This document shows, piece by piece, positions 55,311 to 64,000 of a stretch of DNA of 64,000 nt (position 1 is its first letter; each line of letters begins with the position of its first letter). The notes under the pieces are model-generated. The model worked only from the letters and a program-made list of their open reading frames with translations, did not search any database and was not told where the DNA came from. The translations under genes and the position numbers were made by a program. Source of the stretch: Flavobacteriales bacterium (GTDB taxonomy: Bacteria; Bacteroidota; Bacteroidia; CAIKAF01); contig JBQVOK010000001.1 in NCBI GenBank assembly GCA_052437175.1, forward strand, positions 628,226 to 692,225. The letters run 5' to 3'.

Positions 55311-56447
55311 ATGTTTTCGTACTGGCAAAAGAATTATTTCGCTTCTCCCTTTGATGTTGCTGTGATCGGCGCCGGGATCAACGGACTGCTGGCCGCTTCG
55401 TTCCTCAAAAAGAACCATCCTGCATTGCGTGTGGCCGTTTTCGAAAAGGGCATACTGCCCGATGGCGCTACACTGCGTAATGCCGGTTTTGCCTGTTTCG
55501 GCTCCATGACCGAACTGATGGAAGATGCCGAACTGAACGGCCGGGAACCGGTGCTGAAACTGCTGAAAAGTCGTTACGACGGCCTGCGTATACTGCGCGA
55601 CTGGTGCGGGGATACAGCCATCGGTTATGAAGCCTGCGGCGGCTTCGAATTCTTTGCACAGGACGAAAAAGAGACCCTCGAAAAGGTAAAAGAGGCACTG
55701 CCCGCCTGGAACCGCGATATCGAAGACTTCTGCGGGTTAAAAGATACGTTTGCCGACAGCAGCGCCCTGGCCGCTGAAATGGAACTGAATGCCTGCCTGG
55801 GTCTGATCGGGAACCCGTACGAAGGTGCCGTAAATTCAGCCATGCTTATACGCGCTTTGTGGCAGAAGGCGGCAGCTCTGGGTGTTGAGGTATATACGAA
55901 TTTTGAACTCGACCAGTACGAAACCACCGGCAGCGGTTTTACCCTGCGTTTCGGCAATACCTATAAAGTACAGACCCGCCGCCTGCTCTTCTGCACCAAT
56001 GGCTACCTGCGTTACCTGCCCGGACTGGGTGACCTGGCTCCCGCACGCGGACAGGTACTGGTTACCGAGCCCATTCCGGGGTTAAAAGTAAAAGGTACTT
56101 TTCACCATCATTTCGGGTATAATTATTTCCGGGAGACCGACGGCCGCATCCTGCTGGGTGGGGGCCGTTTCCTGGACAGGGAAGGCGAGACGGACGCAGG
56201 GCATGTGCTTAACGAAAAGATACAGGATTACCTGGAAGGTCTGCTGGGCAGTATGATCCTGCCGGGCCGCGACATACGCATTGAAACGCGCTGGGCGGGC
56301 ATTATGGCCGTGGGAGAGTCCAAGAGACCGATCGTGAAAAAGCTGGAAGAAAACCTGTATTTCGCCGGACGTATGGGCGGTATGGGCGTAGCTTTAGGCG
56401 CACACAGCGCAGGGGAAGCTGAAGCGCTTATAGCTGAGAGCTTATAG
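55311..56447 (+). CDS. FAD-dependent oxidoreductase (DAO family)
   Basis: 378 aa with an N-terminal Rossmann motif DVAVIGAGINGLLAA. Confidence 0.85.
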   Translation: MFSYWQKNYFASPFDVAVIGAGINGLLAASFLKKNHPALRVAVFEKGILPDGATLRNAGFACFGSMTELMEDAELNGREPVLKLLKSRYDGLRILRDWCGDTAIGYEACGGFEFFAQDEKETLEKVKEALPAWNRDIEDFCGLKDTFADSSALAAEMELNACLGLIGNPYEGAVNSAMLIRALWQKAAALGVEVYTNFELDQYETTGSGFTLRFGNTYKVQTRRLLFCTNGYLRYLPGLGDLAPARGQVLVTEPIPGLKVKGTFHHHFGYNYFRETDGRILLGGGRFLDREGETDAGHVLNEKIQDYLEGLLGSMILPGRDIRIETRWAGIMAVGESKRPIVKKLEENLYFAGRMGGMGVALGAHSAGEAEALIAESL

Positions 56448-56527
56448 CTCATTCCTCCAATCTCATTCCCCTTAACTCCTTATTGAATACATTCTCAAAT
56501 GCATACCCCGGACTTTGGGACTCCGGA

Positions 56528-57073
56528 CTAATTCAGGTGAGGCATATCCGTAAAATTGCTCCAGATGGCGTATTCTTTGTCTTTGCGCAGCATTTTTTTC
56601 CAGTGCTGTTCATAGCCTTCGGTATGCAGTACCTCGTTGGCGCTGGTGGTGCCGGCCACCCAGGATTTATTGGCAAACTCTGCAGACAGCTGATCGGGAT
56701 CCCAGCCCGAATAGCCGGCAAAGAATTTCACTTTATCGGGTTGAGCTTCCTTATTGTTAAGCAGTTCCTTCAGCACATCAAATTCGCCGCCCCAGTACAA
56801 TCCCGGCAATATTTCCACGCTGTTGGGCAGCAGATCGCCCAGGCTGTGCACATAGAACAGGTTTTCGTTGCCTACCGGTCCGCCGTAATAGATACTGGCT
56901 TCAAACAGTACGTCCTTGATCAGCTCGTGCAGCTTCAGGTCGGTTTCGCGGTTAATGATAAACCCGAAGGAACCTTTATCGTTATGTTCGGTAAGCAGTA
57001 CCACCGCCTGCCTGAAGTAGGGATCATCCAAAAAAGGTGTGGCCGATATGATGTTTCCTTTCGCAATTTCCAT
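56528..57073 (-). CDS. YqgE/AlgH family protein (UPF0301)
   Basis: Only the last 181 codons of the 684-aa ORF look real, starting at MEIAKGNIISATPFLDDPYFRQAVVLLTEHNDKGSFGFIINR. Other family motifs are YYGGPV and FFAGYSGWDPDQL. The 5' remainder is antisense to the MORN gene. Confidence 0.85.
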   Translation of the reverse strand: MEIAKGNIISATPFLDDPYFRQAVVLLTEHNDKGSFGFIINRETDLKLHELIKDVLFEASIYYGGPVGNENLFYVHSLGDLLPNSVEILPGLYWGGEFDVLKELLNNKEAQPDKVKFFAGYSGWDPDQLSAEFANKSWVAGTTSANEVLHTEGYEQHWKKMLRKDKEYAIWSNFTDMPHLN

Positions 57074-57175
57074 AAATTCGCAATTTTTAACAGGGTCGCT
57101 ATACAATTTTAACGATTTTGCCCGTACAAGCTTATGTGTATGCACAGAAAATTTGAACTTTTTTTCCGCAATAGT

Positions 57176-59524
57176 ATGAAACGCCTTATCCTGTTCCTTT
57201 TTACCATCATCAGCCTCTCTGTATCTGCCCAGAACGTGCAGCAGTTTTACGACTCGGGCCGTCTGCGTGCCGAAGGGCCGCTTACCGCGAACGAACGTAC
57301 GGGTTTCTGGCGGGAGTTCTACGAAGAAGGCCCCCTGCGCGAAGCCGGTACTTATGAGGCGGGTAAAAAAACGGGCCTCTGGAAAGAATATTACAAGAAC
57401 GGCATACTGAAAAGCGAGATCGACTACAGCAAAGGCCTGGTAAAGATCTACAGTGAAAAAAACACGATAGAAACCATCGGTAAGCTCAAAAACGGAAAAC
57501 CCGAAGGCAGCTGGACCGAGTATTACGACAACGGCAACATCCGTGAGAAAAAAAGTTACAAGGCCGGCGTACTGAACGGTACCGTGACCTCTTACCACAA
57601 GAACGGCGCCAAACAGAGCCAGTACAGCATTAAGAACGGCCTTAAACAGGGCAGCTGGAAAATGTGGTACGAAACTGGTATGCCCATGAACACCGGTACG
57701 TTCAAAGACAATAAAAAAACGGGGGAGTGGGTGTCCTATTACCAGGATGGCAGCATTCTCACCTACGAAAATTACGATATCGGTTATTATACCTATTACC
57801 ATGCCAACGGTGCCCTGCGCAGCGAAGGCGAAATGGATGCCGAAGGGAATAAGAACGGCAAATTCAGCGAATTTTATCCCAACAGCCGTAAAAAGGCTAC
57901 GGGCAGTTATACCGATGGCGTGGAGACCGGCAAGTGGCAGACCTTCCACGAGAACGGCAAAAAGCACAAGGTGTACGAGAACGATGAAAACGGTAAGCCC
58001 ATCGACGATTACTATGAATATGGCGAAGATGGTAAACTGCTGGAAGAAAGACATTACACCCGGACGGGTACTCCCACAGGCACCTGGAAAAGCTGGTGGC
58101 CCGAAGGCGGTAAACCTCGCAGCATACACAATACCGGCACAGGCGAAAAACAGACCTTCTGGCCCGACGGCACACCGCAGAGCACCGGTAACGAACTCAA
58201 CGGACAAAAACAGGGGCTCTGGATCACGTACACCCCTGAACAGAAAGTGGCCGAACGCGGCAGCTTTGTGAATAACGAAAAAGACGGCAAATGGGAAACG
58301 TTTTACAAAGACGGCACTCCCGAAATGCAGATCGAATTCAGCAAAGGCCTGCGCACCGGCACCTGGAAAAAATACTACGAGACCGGGGCGCCGCACAGCA
58401 TCGAGAGATACGATAACGGAAAACCTGCCGGCAGCTGGGAATACTGGTACGAATCCGGTAAAAAACGCAGTATCGTAAATAACAACAACGACAGTACCTG
58501 GGTATGGTACGAAGACGGGGCCCTGAAACTGAAGGGCAAGCGCCGCGAAGGCAGAAAAGAGGGCAACTGGACCAGCTATCATCCCAACGGAAAGGTGCTG
58601 GAGATCGCCGCCTATAAAGATGATAAGCCGGACGGCACCTGGAAGACCTTTTACCCCGATGGTACGCCCGAAGGCATCTATGAATACCGCGACTCACTGC
58701 GGAACGGTTTCTGGCAGTGGTTCTTCCCCTCCGGGGAGCCGGACATGAGCGGCCATTTTGAGAACGATAAACGCAACGGTCTCTGGACGCAGTACTATCC
58801 CGGCCGGATAAAACAGTTCGAGGGCAACTACAAAGACGATCTGAAAGACGGGGAGTGGACCTACTGGGACAGTACCGGCACGCTCTGGAAAAAGGGGAAT
58901 TTCCTGGCAGACCTGAAACACGGCCCCTGGGAATACTGGTACGAGAATGGACAGACCGAACACAAGGGAAACTTTATATCCGGCCGTGAAGACGGTTATT
59001 TTGTATCGTATTACCCTACAGGCCAGGTCGAAGACGAAGGCCATTTTTCCAACGGACTGATGCAGGGCGAATGGCGCGGGTTCTTTGAGACCGGCAAATT
59101 ACGTTATGTGGCATCCTATGCCAACGGACTGCAGAACGGCGTGTGGAAACACTGGTACGATAACGGCAAGCCCCGCGACATCATTACCTATAAGAACGGC
59201 GTTATGGACGGTCCCTACACCACTTTTTACGAAAGCGGCTCCGTGCAGGAACTGGGCGAATACCGCAACGGTGCCAAATACGGCCGCTGGGAAAGCTTTT
59301 TCGGGCACGGGCCCACGGCCGGGGTCTTTAATATGAAGAACAACGTGTACGACGGAGAATTCATACGCTATTACCCCAATAAGGTACCCCAGGTGAAAGG
59401 CAGCTATAAAATGGGCCTCAAACACGGTAACTGGACCTTCTATTCCAAAGACGGCAAGGAACTGAAGACCATCACCTACAACAATGGCGAAGAGCTGCGT
59501 GTAAAAGGCAAAGGACCGTATTAG
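57176..59524 (+). CDS. MORN-variant (YwqK-type) repeat protein
   Basis: The ORF opens at 57134. ATG 57176 gives signal peptide MKRLILFLFTIISLSVSAQ. The rest is roughly 30 tandem ~23-aa units of the form G.W..YY.NG....E..Y..G...G.W. Confidence 0.85.
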   Translation: MKRLILFLFTIISLSVSAQNVQQFYDSGRLRAEGPLTANERTGFWREFYEEGPLREAGTYEAGKKTGLWKEYYKNGILKSEIDYSKGLVKIYSEKNTIETIGKLKNGKPEGSWTEYYDNGNIREKKSYKAGVLNGTVTSYHKNGAKQSQYSIKNGLKQGSWKMWYETGMPMNTGTFKDNKKTGEWVSYYQDGSILTYENYDIGYYTYYHANGALRSEGEMDAEGNKNGKFSEFYPNSRKKATGSYTDGVETGKWQTFHENGKKHKVYENDENGKPIDDYYEYGEDGKLLEERHYTRTGTPTGTWKSWWPEGGKPRSIHNTGTGEKQTFWPDGTPQSTGNELNGQKQGLWITYTPEQKVAERGSFVNNEKDGKWETFYKDGTPEMQIEFSKGLRTGTWKKYYETGAPHSIERYDNGKPAGSWEYWYESGKKRSIVNNNNDSTWVWYEDGALKLKGKRREGRKEGNWTSYHPNGKVLEIAAYKDDKPDGTWKTFYPDGTPEGIYEYRDSLRNGFWQWFFPSGEPDMSGHFENDKRNGLWTQYYPGRIKQFEGNYKDDLKDGEWTYWDSTGTLWKKGNFLADLKHGPWEYWYENGQTEHKGNFISGREDGYFVSYYPTGQVEDEGHFSNGLMQGEWRGFFETGKLRYVASYANGLQNGVWKHWYDNGKPRDIITYKNGVMDGPYTTFYESGSVQELGEYRNGAKYGRWESFFGHGPTAGVFNMKNNVYDGEFIRYYPNKVPQVKGSYKMGLKHGNWTFYSKDGKELKTITYNNGEELRVKGKGPY

Positions 59525-59525
59525 T

Positions 59526-59541
59526 TTTAGTTATATCTAAA
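59526..59541 (+). promoter_or_regulatory. AT-rich palindrome TTTAGTTATATCTAAA, candidate DtxR-type operator
   Basis: Seven of 8 base pairs are self-complementary, and the outer arms TTAG...CTAA resemble DtxR-box arms. It lies 27 nt upstream of the -7 box of the metal ABC operon. Confidence 0.25.
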
Positions 59542-59567
59542 AATATTTTTGGTTTGCCTAAAAACTA

Positions 59568-59575
59568 TACCTTTG
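59568..59575 (+). promoter_or_regulatory. Candidate -7 promoter box (TACCTTTG) for the metal ABC operon
   Basis: Matches TAnnTTTG and ends only 4 nt before ATG 59580. That implies a very short or absent leader. Confidence 0.3.
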
Positions 59576-59579
59576 TGGT

Positions 59580-60494
59580 ATGAAGTACGGGCACGTTTTC
59601 ACCTTTTTACTGCTTCTGGCATGCCTGGCATGCAGGCCTGCGAAACGTGTGCACGAACGTGTACAGGTGGTTTGTACCACTTCGGTGATCGCCGAACCCC
59701 TTTCTGAAATTTTCGGTGCCCATGCCGATGTGCATGCCCTGATGCGCAACGGGGTGGACCCGCATTCCTACAAAGCCGGTATCCGTGACCTGGACGTACT
59801 TTCGGACGCGGATGTGGTGGTGTACAACGGTCTGCACCTCGAAGGTAAAATGGCCGAAGTGCTGGAAAGTTACGGCCGCGAAAAACCTGTGCTGGCCATG
59901 AGCGACGGAACGGACAGGCACCTGTTTCTGCAGGCGGAAGAGAACCCGGGGACCTATGATCCGCATTTCTGGTTCGATATGCAGCTGTGGAAGAATGGTC
60001 TGCGTTACGTAACGCACAACATCTGTCGCAAGCAGGCCCTGGCCGATTCACAGGCCGTGTACCGGGGCATGGCGCGTTATTTTCAGCGGCTCGACAGTAC
60101 CGACCGCGTGCTGCGTTCCCTGCTGGAAGCCGTGCCGCAGGACCGCCGGGTGATCGTGACCAACCACGATGCCTTTCGCTATTTCGGACGAGCCTACGGC
60201 TGGGAAGTACGCGGTCTGCAGGGTATTTCTACCGTGGCGGAACCCGGACTGAAAGATATGAACGAACTGGTCGACTTTGTCTGTGCCCGTCATATTCCGG
60301 CGGTGTTCGTAGAAAGTAACCTGAGCGATAAATCCCTGAAAGCGTTACGCGCGGGGGCCGCAGCCCGCGGGCACCAGATCGGGCAGGGGGGCAGTCTGTA
60401 TGCCGATTCTCCAGGCCCCGAGGGCAGTTACGAAGGTACCTATATCGGCATGTTATACAGTAATGTTAAAACCCTGAACCAAAGTCTGAAATGA
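59580..60494 (+). CDS. Metal (Zn/Mn/Fe) ABC transporter substrate-binding protein, TroA/ZnuA cluster 9
   Basis: 304 aa with a possible lipoprotein-like leader (LLLLACLAC). Metal-ligand contexts: DPHSYK, DPHFWFD and VTNHDAFRYF. Confidence 0.9.
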   Translation: MKYGHVFTFLLLLACLACRPAKRVHERVQVVCTTSVIAEPLSEIFGAHADVHALMRNGVDPHSYKAGIRDLDVLSDADVVVYNGLHLEGKMAEVLESYGREKPVLAMSDGTDRHLFLQAEENPGTYDPHFWFDMQLWKNGLRYVTHNICRKQALADSQAVYRGMARYFQRLDSTDRVLRSLLEAVPQDRRVIVTNHDAFRYFGRAYGWEVRGLQGISTVAEPGLKDMNELVDFVCARHIPAVFVESNLSDKSLKALRAGAAARGHQIGQGGSLYADSPGPEGSYEGTYIGMLYSNVKTLNQSLK

Positions 60495-61252
60495 ATGCGA
60501 TCGAAGTGCAGCAGCTCCATGTGAGCTACCAGGATAAACCGGTATTGTGGAATATTCACTTCCAGGTGCCAGCCGGCGTAAATTATGCCATTATCGGGCC
60601 CAACGGGGCGGGTAAGACCACCCTGCTGAAGGCGTTGCTGGGCGAAGTAAGACCTGCGCTGGGCGCCGTACGTTTTTTCGGGCACCCGCTCGATGAGGTG
60701 CGCAGCCGTGTGTCCTACGTACCGCAGCGGCAGCTGGTGGACTGGGATTTCCCGGTGAACGTACTTGATGTGGTACTGATGGGACGTTATGCCTCCCGGG
60801 GACTACTGGCCCGCATACACCGCAGCGACCGCGAACGTGCTATGGAAGCCCTGGCCTCCCTGGGTATGGTAGACCTGGCATCGCGGCAGATATCCAGACT
60901 GAGCGGCGGACAACAGCAGCGTGTGTTCATTGCCCGTGCCCTGGCTGCCGATGCCGACCTGTACATTATGGATGAGCCTTTTGCCGGGGTAGACCTGCAA
61001 ACCGAAAAGATCATCGTGGATATACTGCACCGCCTGAAAAAAGAGGGCAAGACCACCCTCACCGTACACCACGACCTTACCACGGTAAGTGAATATTTCG
61101 ACGGGGTGATCATGATCAACGGGCGCCTGGTGGCCTGTGGTCCGGTGACCGAAACCTTCCGGCACGACAATCTTTCCGAGACCTTCGGCGGTAAACTGCC
61201 CATCCTGGAAAGCGTTATTCAGCAATCGCACAAGAACCCGGTACAAAAATGA
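60491..61252 (+). CDS. Metal ABC transporter ATP-binding protein
   Basis: 253 aa with Walker A GPNGAGKTT, signature LSGGQQQR and Walker B LYIMDEPFAGVD. It has an ATGA overlap with the SBP gene. Confidence 0.93.
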   Translation: MNAIEVQQLHVSYQDKPVLWNIHFQVPAGVNYAIIGPNGAGKTTLLKALLGEVRPALGAVRFFGHPLDEVRSRVSYVPQRQLVDWDFPVNVLDVVLMGRYASRGLLARIHRSDRERAMEALASLGMVDLASRQISRLSGGQQQRVFIARALAADADLYIMDEPFAGVDLQTEKIIVDILHRLKKEGKTTLTVHHDLTTVSEYFDGVIMINGRLVACGPVTETFRHDNLSETFGGKLPILESVIQQSHKNPVQK

Positions 61253-62514
61253 TCTTTGCCGAAGACTATAATACACTCATCGTAGCGTTTGGTGCGGTAC
61301 TGCTCAGTTCGGTATCGGCCGTTACGGGCGTGTTCGCCTACCTGCGCAAAAAGGCGCTCAGCGGCGATGTGGTGGCACACAGCGTATTGCCCGGCATTAT
61401 ACTGGCCTATATGGCCACGGGTATACGTAATCCGTTCGTGTTGTTACTGGGGGCACTGTTCACGGGCGGACTCAGCATGCGTGTGTCTGAATGGCTCACG
61501 GCAAAAGCCCGCCTGAAGGAAGATGCCGCTCTGGCCTTTACCATGTCTGTATTCTTTGCCGCCGGTATTTTCCTGATGCATTTTCTGCAGACCAGCGGTG
61601 CCCTGGCCCAGGCCGGTATACAGGATTTCCTGTTCGGTAAGGCGGCGGCGCTCTCCCTCGAAGATCTGCTCTGGCTGGGCTCGGCGGCCCTGGTGGTGCT
61701 GCTCAGCGTGATCCTCTTCTACAAACCGATCCTTGTATTTGCGTTTTCCCCCTCTTATGCGGCTTCGGCCGGACTGCCCGTAGGTTTTCTTTCGGTGCTG
61801 CTTTCCGGCGTACTGGTGTGGAACATTTCCATCAGTCTGCAAACCACGGGCGTGGTCATGTCGGCTGCACTTATGATCACACCGGCCGCAGCGGCCCGCT
61901 TCTGGACAGATTCCCTGAAAAAAATGTTCCTGCTTTCCGCCGTTTTTGGCGCCACCGCAGGCCTTGCCGGGGCAGCCGTTTCTTACCTGGCCGCCGATAT
62001 GCCTACCGGCCCCTGGATCGTGGTGGTGCTTACGCTCATCGCTTTTACTTCCTTCCTTTTTTCGCCCAAAGGCCGCGTGCGCAAATGGTGGCAGGCCTGG
62101 TCGCACCGCCGCACCCTGGCTTTGGAGAACGTACTCAAGAACATTTACAAATACCTGGAAAGTGAGGCCGATCCCACCTATTTTATGCCCCGGGCCGTTT
62201 CCGGGAAATACGGTATTTCCGGCGAAGAGTGGAAAAAAGGCTGGCGGCAGGCCCTGGCCCGAAACCTGGTGGTGAAAGGCAGCAACGGTTACTTTTTCAC
62301 AGAAAAAGGCCGTTCCCTGGCTGCCCGTGTGGTGCGTCTGCACCGCCTCTGGGAACTCTATATCCTTAAGTACGCACGCATCCCCGAAGAGTGGGTACAT
62401 GCCGATGCCGAACATTTTGAACACTTTATCTCCGAAAAGATCGAAAAAGACCTGTTGCAGCTGCTCGATAACCCGGAGACCGATCCGCACCAAAAACCTA
62501 TTCCCGGCCTATGA
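61249..62514 (+). CDS. ABC-3 type metal permease fused to a C-terminal DtxR-family repressor domain (YtgC-YtgR-like)
   Basis: 421 aa. Residues 1-280 are a multi-TM permease. From about nt 62095 there is a DtxR-like wHTH plus metal-binding/dimerisation region: LVVKGSNGYFFTEKGRSLAARVVRLHRLWELYI...WVHADAEHFEHFIS...DPHQKPIPGL. Confidence 0.85.
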   Translation: MIFAEDYNTLIVAFGAVLLSSVSAVTGVFAYLRKKALSGDVVAHSVLPGIILAYMATGIRNPFVLLLGALFTGGLSMRVSEWLTAKARLKEDAALAFTMSVFFAAGIFLMHFLQTSGALAQAGIQDFLFGKAAALSLEDLLWLGSAALVVLLSVILFYKPILVFAFSPSYAASAGLPVGFLSVLLSGVLVWNISISLQTTGVVMSAALMITPAAAARFWTDSLKKMFLLSAVFGATAGLAGAAVSYLAADMPTGPWIVVVLTLIAFTSFLFSPKGRVRKWWQAWSHRRTLALENVLKNIYKYLESEADPTYFMPRAVSGKYGISGEEWKKGWRQALARNLVVKGSNGYFFTEKGRSLAARVVRLHRLWELYILKYARIPEEWVHADAEHFEHFISEKIEKDLLQLLDNPETDPHQKPIPGL

Positions 62515-63401
62515 ACGCATTCTGGATGATATGTACCGGTATACTGGTGGCTGTGTCCTGCAGCTCGCTGGGCAGTTTCCTGATCTTACAGCGCAAAACG
62601 ATGCTGGCTGATGCCATTTCGCATGCAGTGCTGCCGGGAATTGCCCTGGCCTACCTGGTTTCGGGCAGCCGTTCGCCTTTTTTTATGATGTTCGGAGCCT
62701 CGGTTTCGGGCGTGTTCACTGCCTTCCTGGTCGAATGGCTTGAAAAGAAGGCCGGCGTACAGACCGATTCTTCCATCGGGGTTACCTATACCTGGCTGTT
62801 TGCCGTGGGCATTATTCTTATTTCGGCTTTTGCGGGCCAGACCGACCTGGACCAGGATTGCGTGCTCTTTGGAGAACTGGTGTACGTACCCCTGAACAAA
62901 GTAGAATTTGCCGGATTTCGTATCCCCTTGCAAACCTTGCAGTTAGTGCCGGTCACGGGCCTGGTGCTGGCCTTTATATGGCTGTTTTATCCCGCCCTGA
63001 AAGTGTATTCATTCGATCCTTCTTTTGCGCGTATGCGCGGCCTGCGCGGATTGCTGCTGCATTACCTGTTCATGACCCTGGTATCGCTTACCACGGTGTT
63101 CTCTTTCGAAAGTGTAGGGGCCATACTGGTGGTGGCTTTGCTGGTGGTACCGGCCGTTACGGCGCGTATGCTTACGGGGCGTCTTTCGTTCCTGCTGCTG
63201 TATGCGGCGCTTTTTGCCGTGGCCTCGGTGCTGGGCGGATATGCGGCGGCCTATGCGCTCGATAATACGCTTTCGGCCTGTATTGCCTTATGCAGCGGAC
63301 TTTATTTTGCGCTTGTCTTTGGCTTAAAGCAGCTTTTTCTTCAGCGCGTCCAGAAAAAACTCTTTACCCCCGGCCCCGAAGGCCCCGAAGTGCGGGTTTA
63401 A
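62511..63401 (+). CDS. ABC-3 type metal permease (second subunit)
   Basis: 296 aa and multi-TM, with DAISHAVLPGIALAY. It has an ATGA overlap with the upstream gene. Its 3' end overlaps convergent cysQ by 78 nt. Confidence 0.9.
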   Translation: MNAFWMICTGILVAVSCSSLGSFLILQRKTMLADAISHAVLPGIALAYLVSGSRSPFFMMFGASVSGVFTAFLVEWLEKKAGVQTDSSIGVTYTWLFAVGIILISAFAGQTDLDQDCVLFGELVYVPLNKVEFAGFRIPLQTLQLVPVTGLVLAFIWLFYPALKVYSFDPSFARMRGLRGLLLHYLFMTLVSLTTVFSFESVGAILVVALLVVPAVTARMLTGRLSFLLLYAALFAVASVLGGYAAAYALDNTLSACIALCSGLYFALVFGLKQLFLQRVQKKLFTPGPEGPEVRV

Positions 63402-64000
63402 GGTGTTTTCGGCAGAATAGGTAAGGGGCTTGCGGGTCTCGAGGGAGTACAGGTCCCCGCCCGAACAGAGCAGCAGCGCATGGCCCGCGGCCGTGTCCCA
63501 GATATGGGTATGCCCGAAACGTATGTACAGATCGGCCTTGCCTTCCGAAATAGCGCCGAATTTAAGGGCGCTGCCCATTTTTTCTACCTGCAGCGGGGCG
63601 ATCTTCTCTGCATTTTTAAGCCAGCGGTTCTGCAGGGCATTGCCTTTGGGATCGAGCGTACCACTGAGCATTACCAGTTCGCGGCGGGTACTTTCGGGCG
63701 AGCAGGGCGTTATCTTTTCTGTTTCGAAATGATACTTCCAAACCTGTCCGTTCTCGGTATACCAGCAGCAGTTCTTTACGGGAGAGGCCACCAGTCCGAA
63801 TACAGGCACCCCTTTGCGTACCAGGGCTATATTTACGGCAAACTGGCCGTTGCGCTTCACAAATTCGCGGGTACCGTCCAGGGGGTCCACACACCAGAAC
63901 AATTCGGGCGGCGTGGCCGGCATATACATCTGTTCTTCACTGATCACCGGTATGGACGTGGTTTCGAGCACCGTGCGTATAACGGCGTCGGAAGCGGTAT
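63324..64000 (-). CDS. cysQ: 3'(2'),5'-bisphosphate nucleotidase CysQ (5' end outside window)
   Basis: Inositol-monophosphatase-fold motifs are present: WCVDPLDGTREF and IWDTAAGHALL. The reading frame stays open upstream of the tracked GTG at 63971 (...ASDAVIRTVLETTSIPVISEE) to the window edge. Confidence 0.85.
   Translation of the reverse strand, partial: TASDAVIRTVLETTSIPVISEEQMYMPATPPELFWCVDPLDGTREFVKRNGQFAVNIALVRKGVPVFGLVASPVKNCCWYTENGQVWKYHFETEKITPCSPESTRRELVMLSGTLDPKGNALQNRWLKNAEKIAPLQVEKMGSALKFGAISEGKADLYIRFGHTHIWDTAAGHALLLCSGGDLYSLETRKPLTYSAENTLNPHFGAFGAGGKEFFLDALKKKLL

Noticed and set aside
57074-58582. N-terminal 500 residues of the 684-aa minus-strand ORF that ends as YqgE/AlgH.
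   Set aside because: It is antisense to the MORN-repeat gene. The sequence is low-complexity (F/V/G/A), and YqgE/AlgH proteins are about 180 aa. MEIAKGN at 57073 gives a full-length homologue.
1-64000. Scan by eye for CRISPR arrays, IS elements or transposases, integrases, rRNA, prophage genes and known defence-system components.
   Set aside because: I saw no regularly spaced repeats and no DDE, tyrosine or serine recombinase motifs. I saw no helicase or nuclease defence signatures either. Apart from the protein-level MORN, PKD and DUF349 repeats, I saw no long DNA repeats, but I cannot exclude degenerate ones without a self-dot-plot.

Overview
This 64-kb chromosomal window reads as a Bacteroidota genome. 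The evidence is type IX secretion (T9SS) components, cargo with type A and type B C-terminal sorting domains, TAnnTTTG '-7' promoter boxes, and DUF349, DUF6428 and ORF6N families. Hand counts put most of it at about 53-56% GC. I support about 55 protein genes and one tRNA-Leu(GAG).

Housekeeping content: murB, two glycosyltransferases, thiol-redox proteins, an EnvC-like degenerate M23 protein, ftsE, guaA, a bioB-F-D-A block, catalase, adk, hpt, two tandem POT peptide transporters, a YqgE/AlgH protein and a 5'-truncated cysQ.

Accessory or unusual patches:
- a Fic/XRE 'mobile mystery protein A/B'-type pair
- a translationally coupled PorV/PorQ-like barrel plus a 1674-aa C25 PorU-like protease
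- two orphan fused E1 alpha/beta 2-oxoacid dehydrogenases
- an arsR-DUF6428-methyltransferase-arsC-acr3 operon with a duplicated 20-bp box
- a low-GC esterase/TPR gene next to the tRNA
- a 783-aa MORN-repeat protein
- a ytgABCD-like metal ABC operon whose first permease carries a C-terminal DtxR-family repressor domain

I found no rRNA, CRISPR array, transposase, integrase, phage gene or recognisable defence system. The many long ORFs antisense to real genes look like frame shadows and are rejected. The best 'undescribed system' candidates are the PorV/PorU-like module and the permease-repressor fusion. Neither can be shown to be novel from sequence alone.
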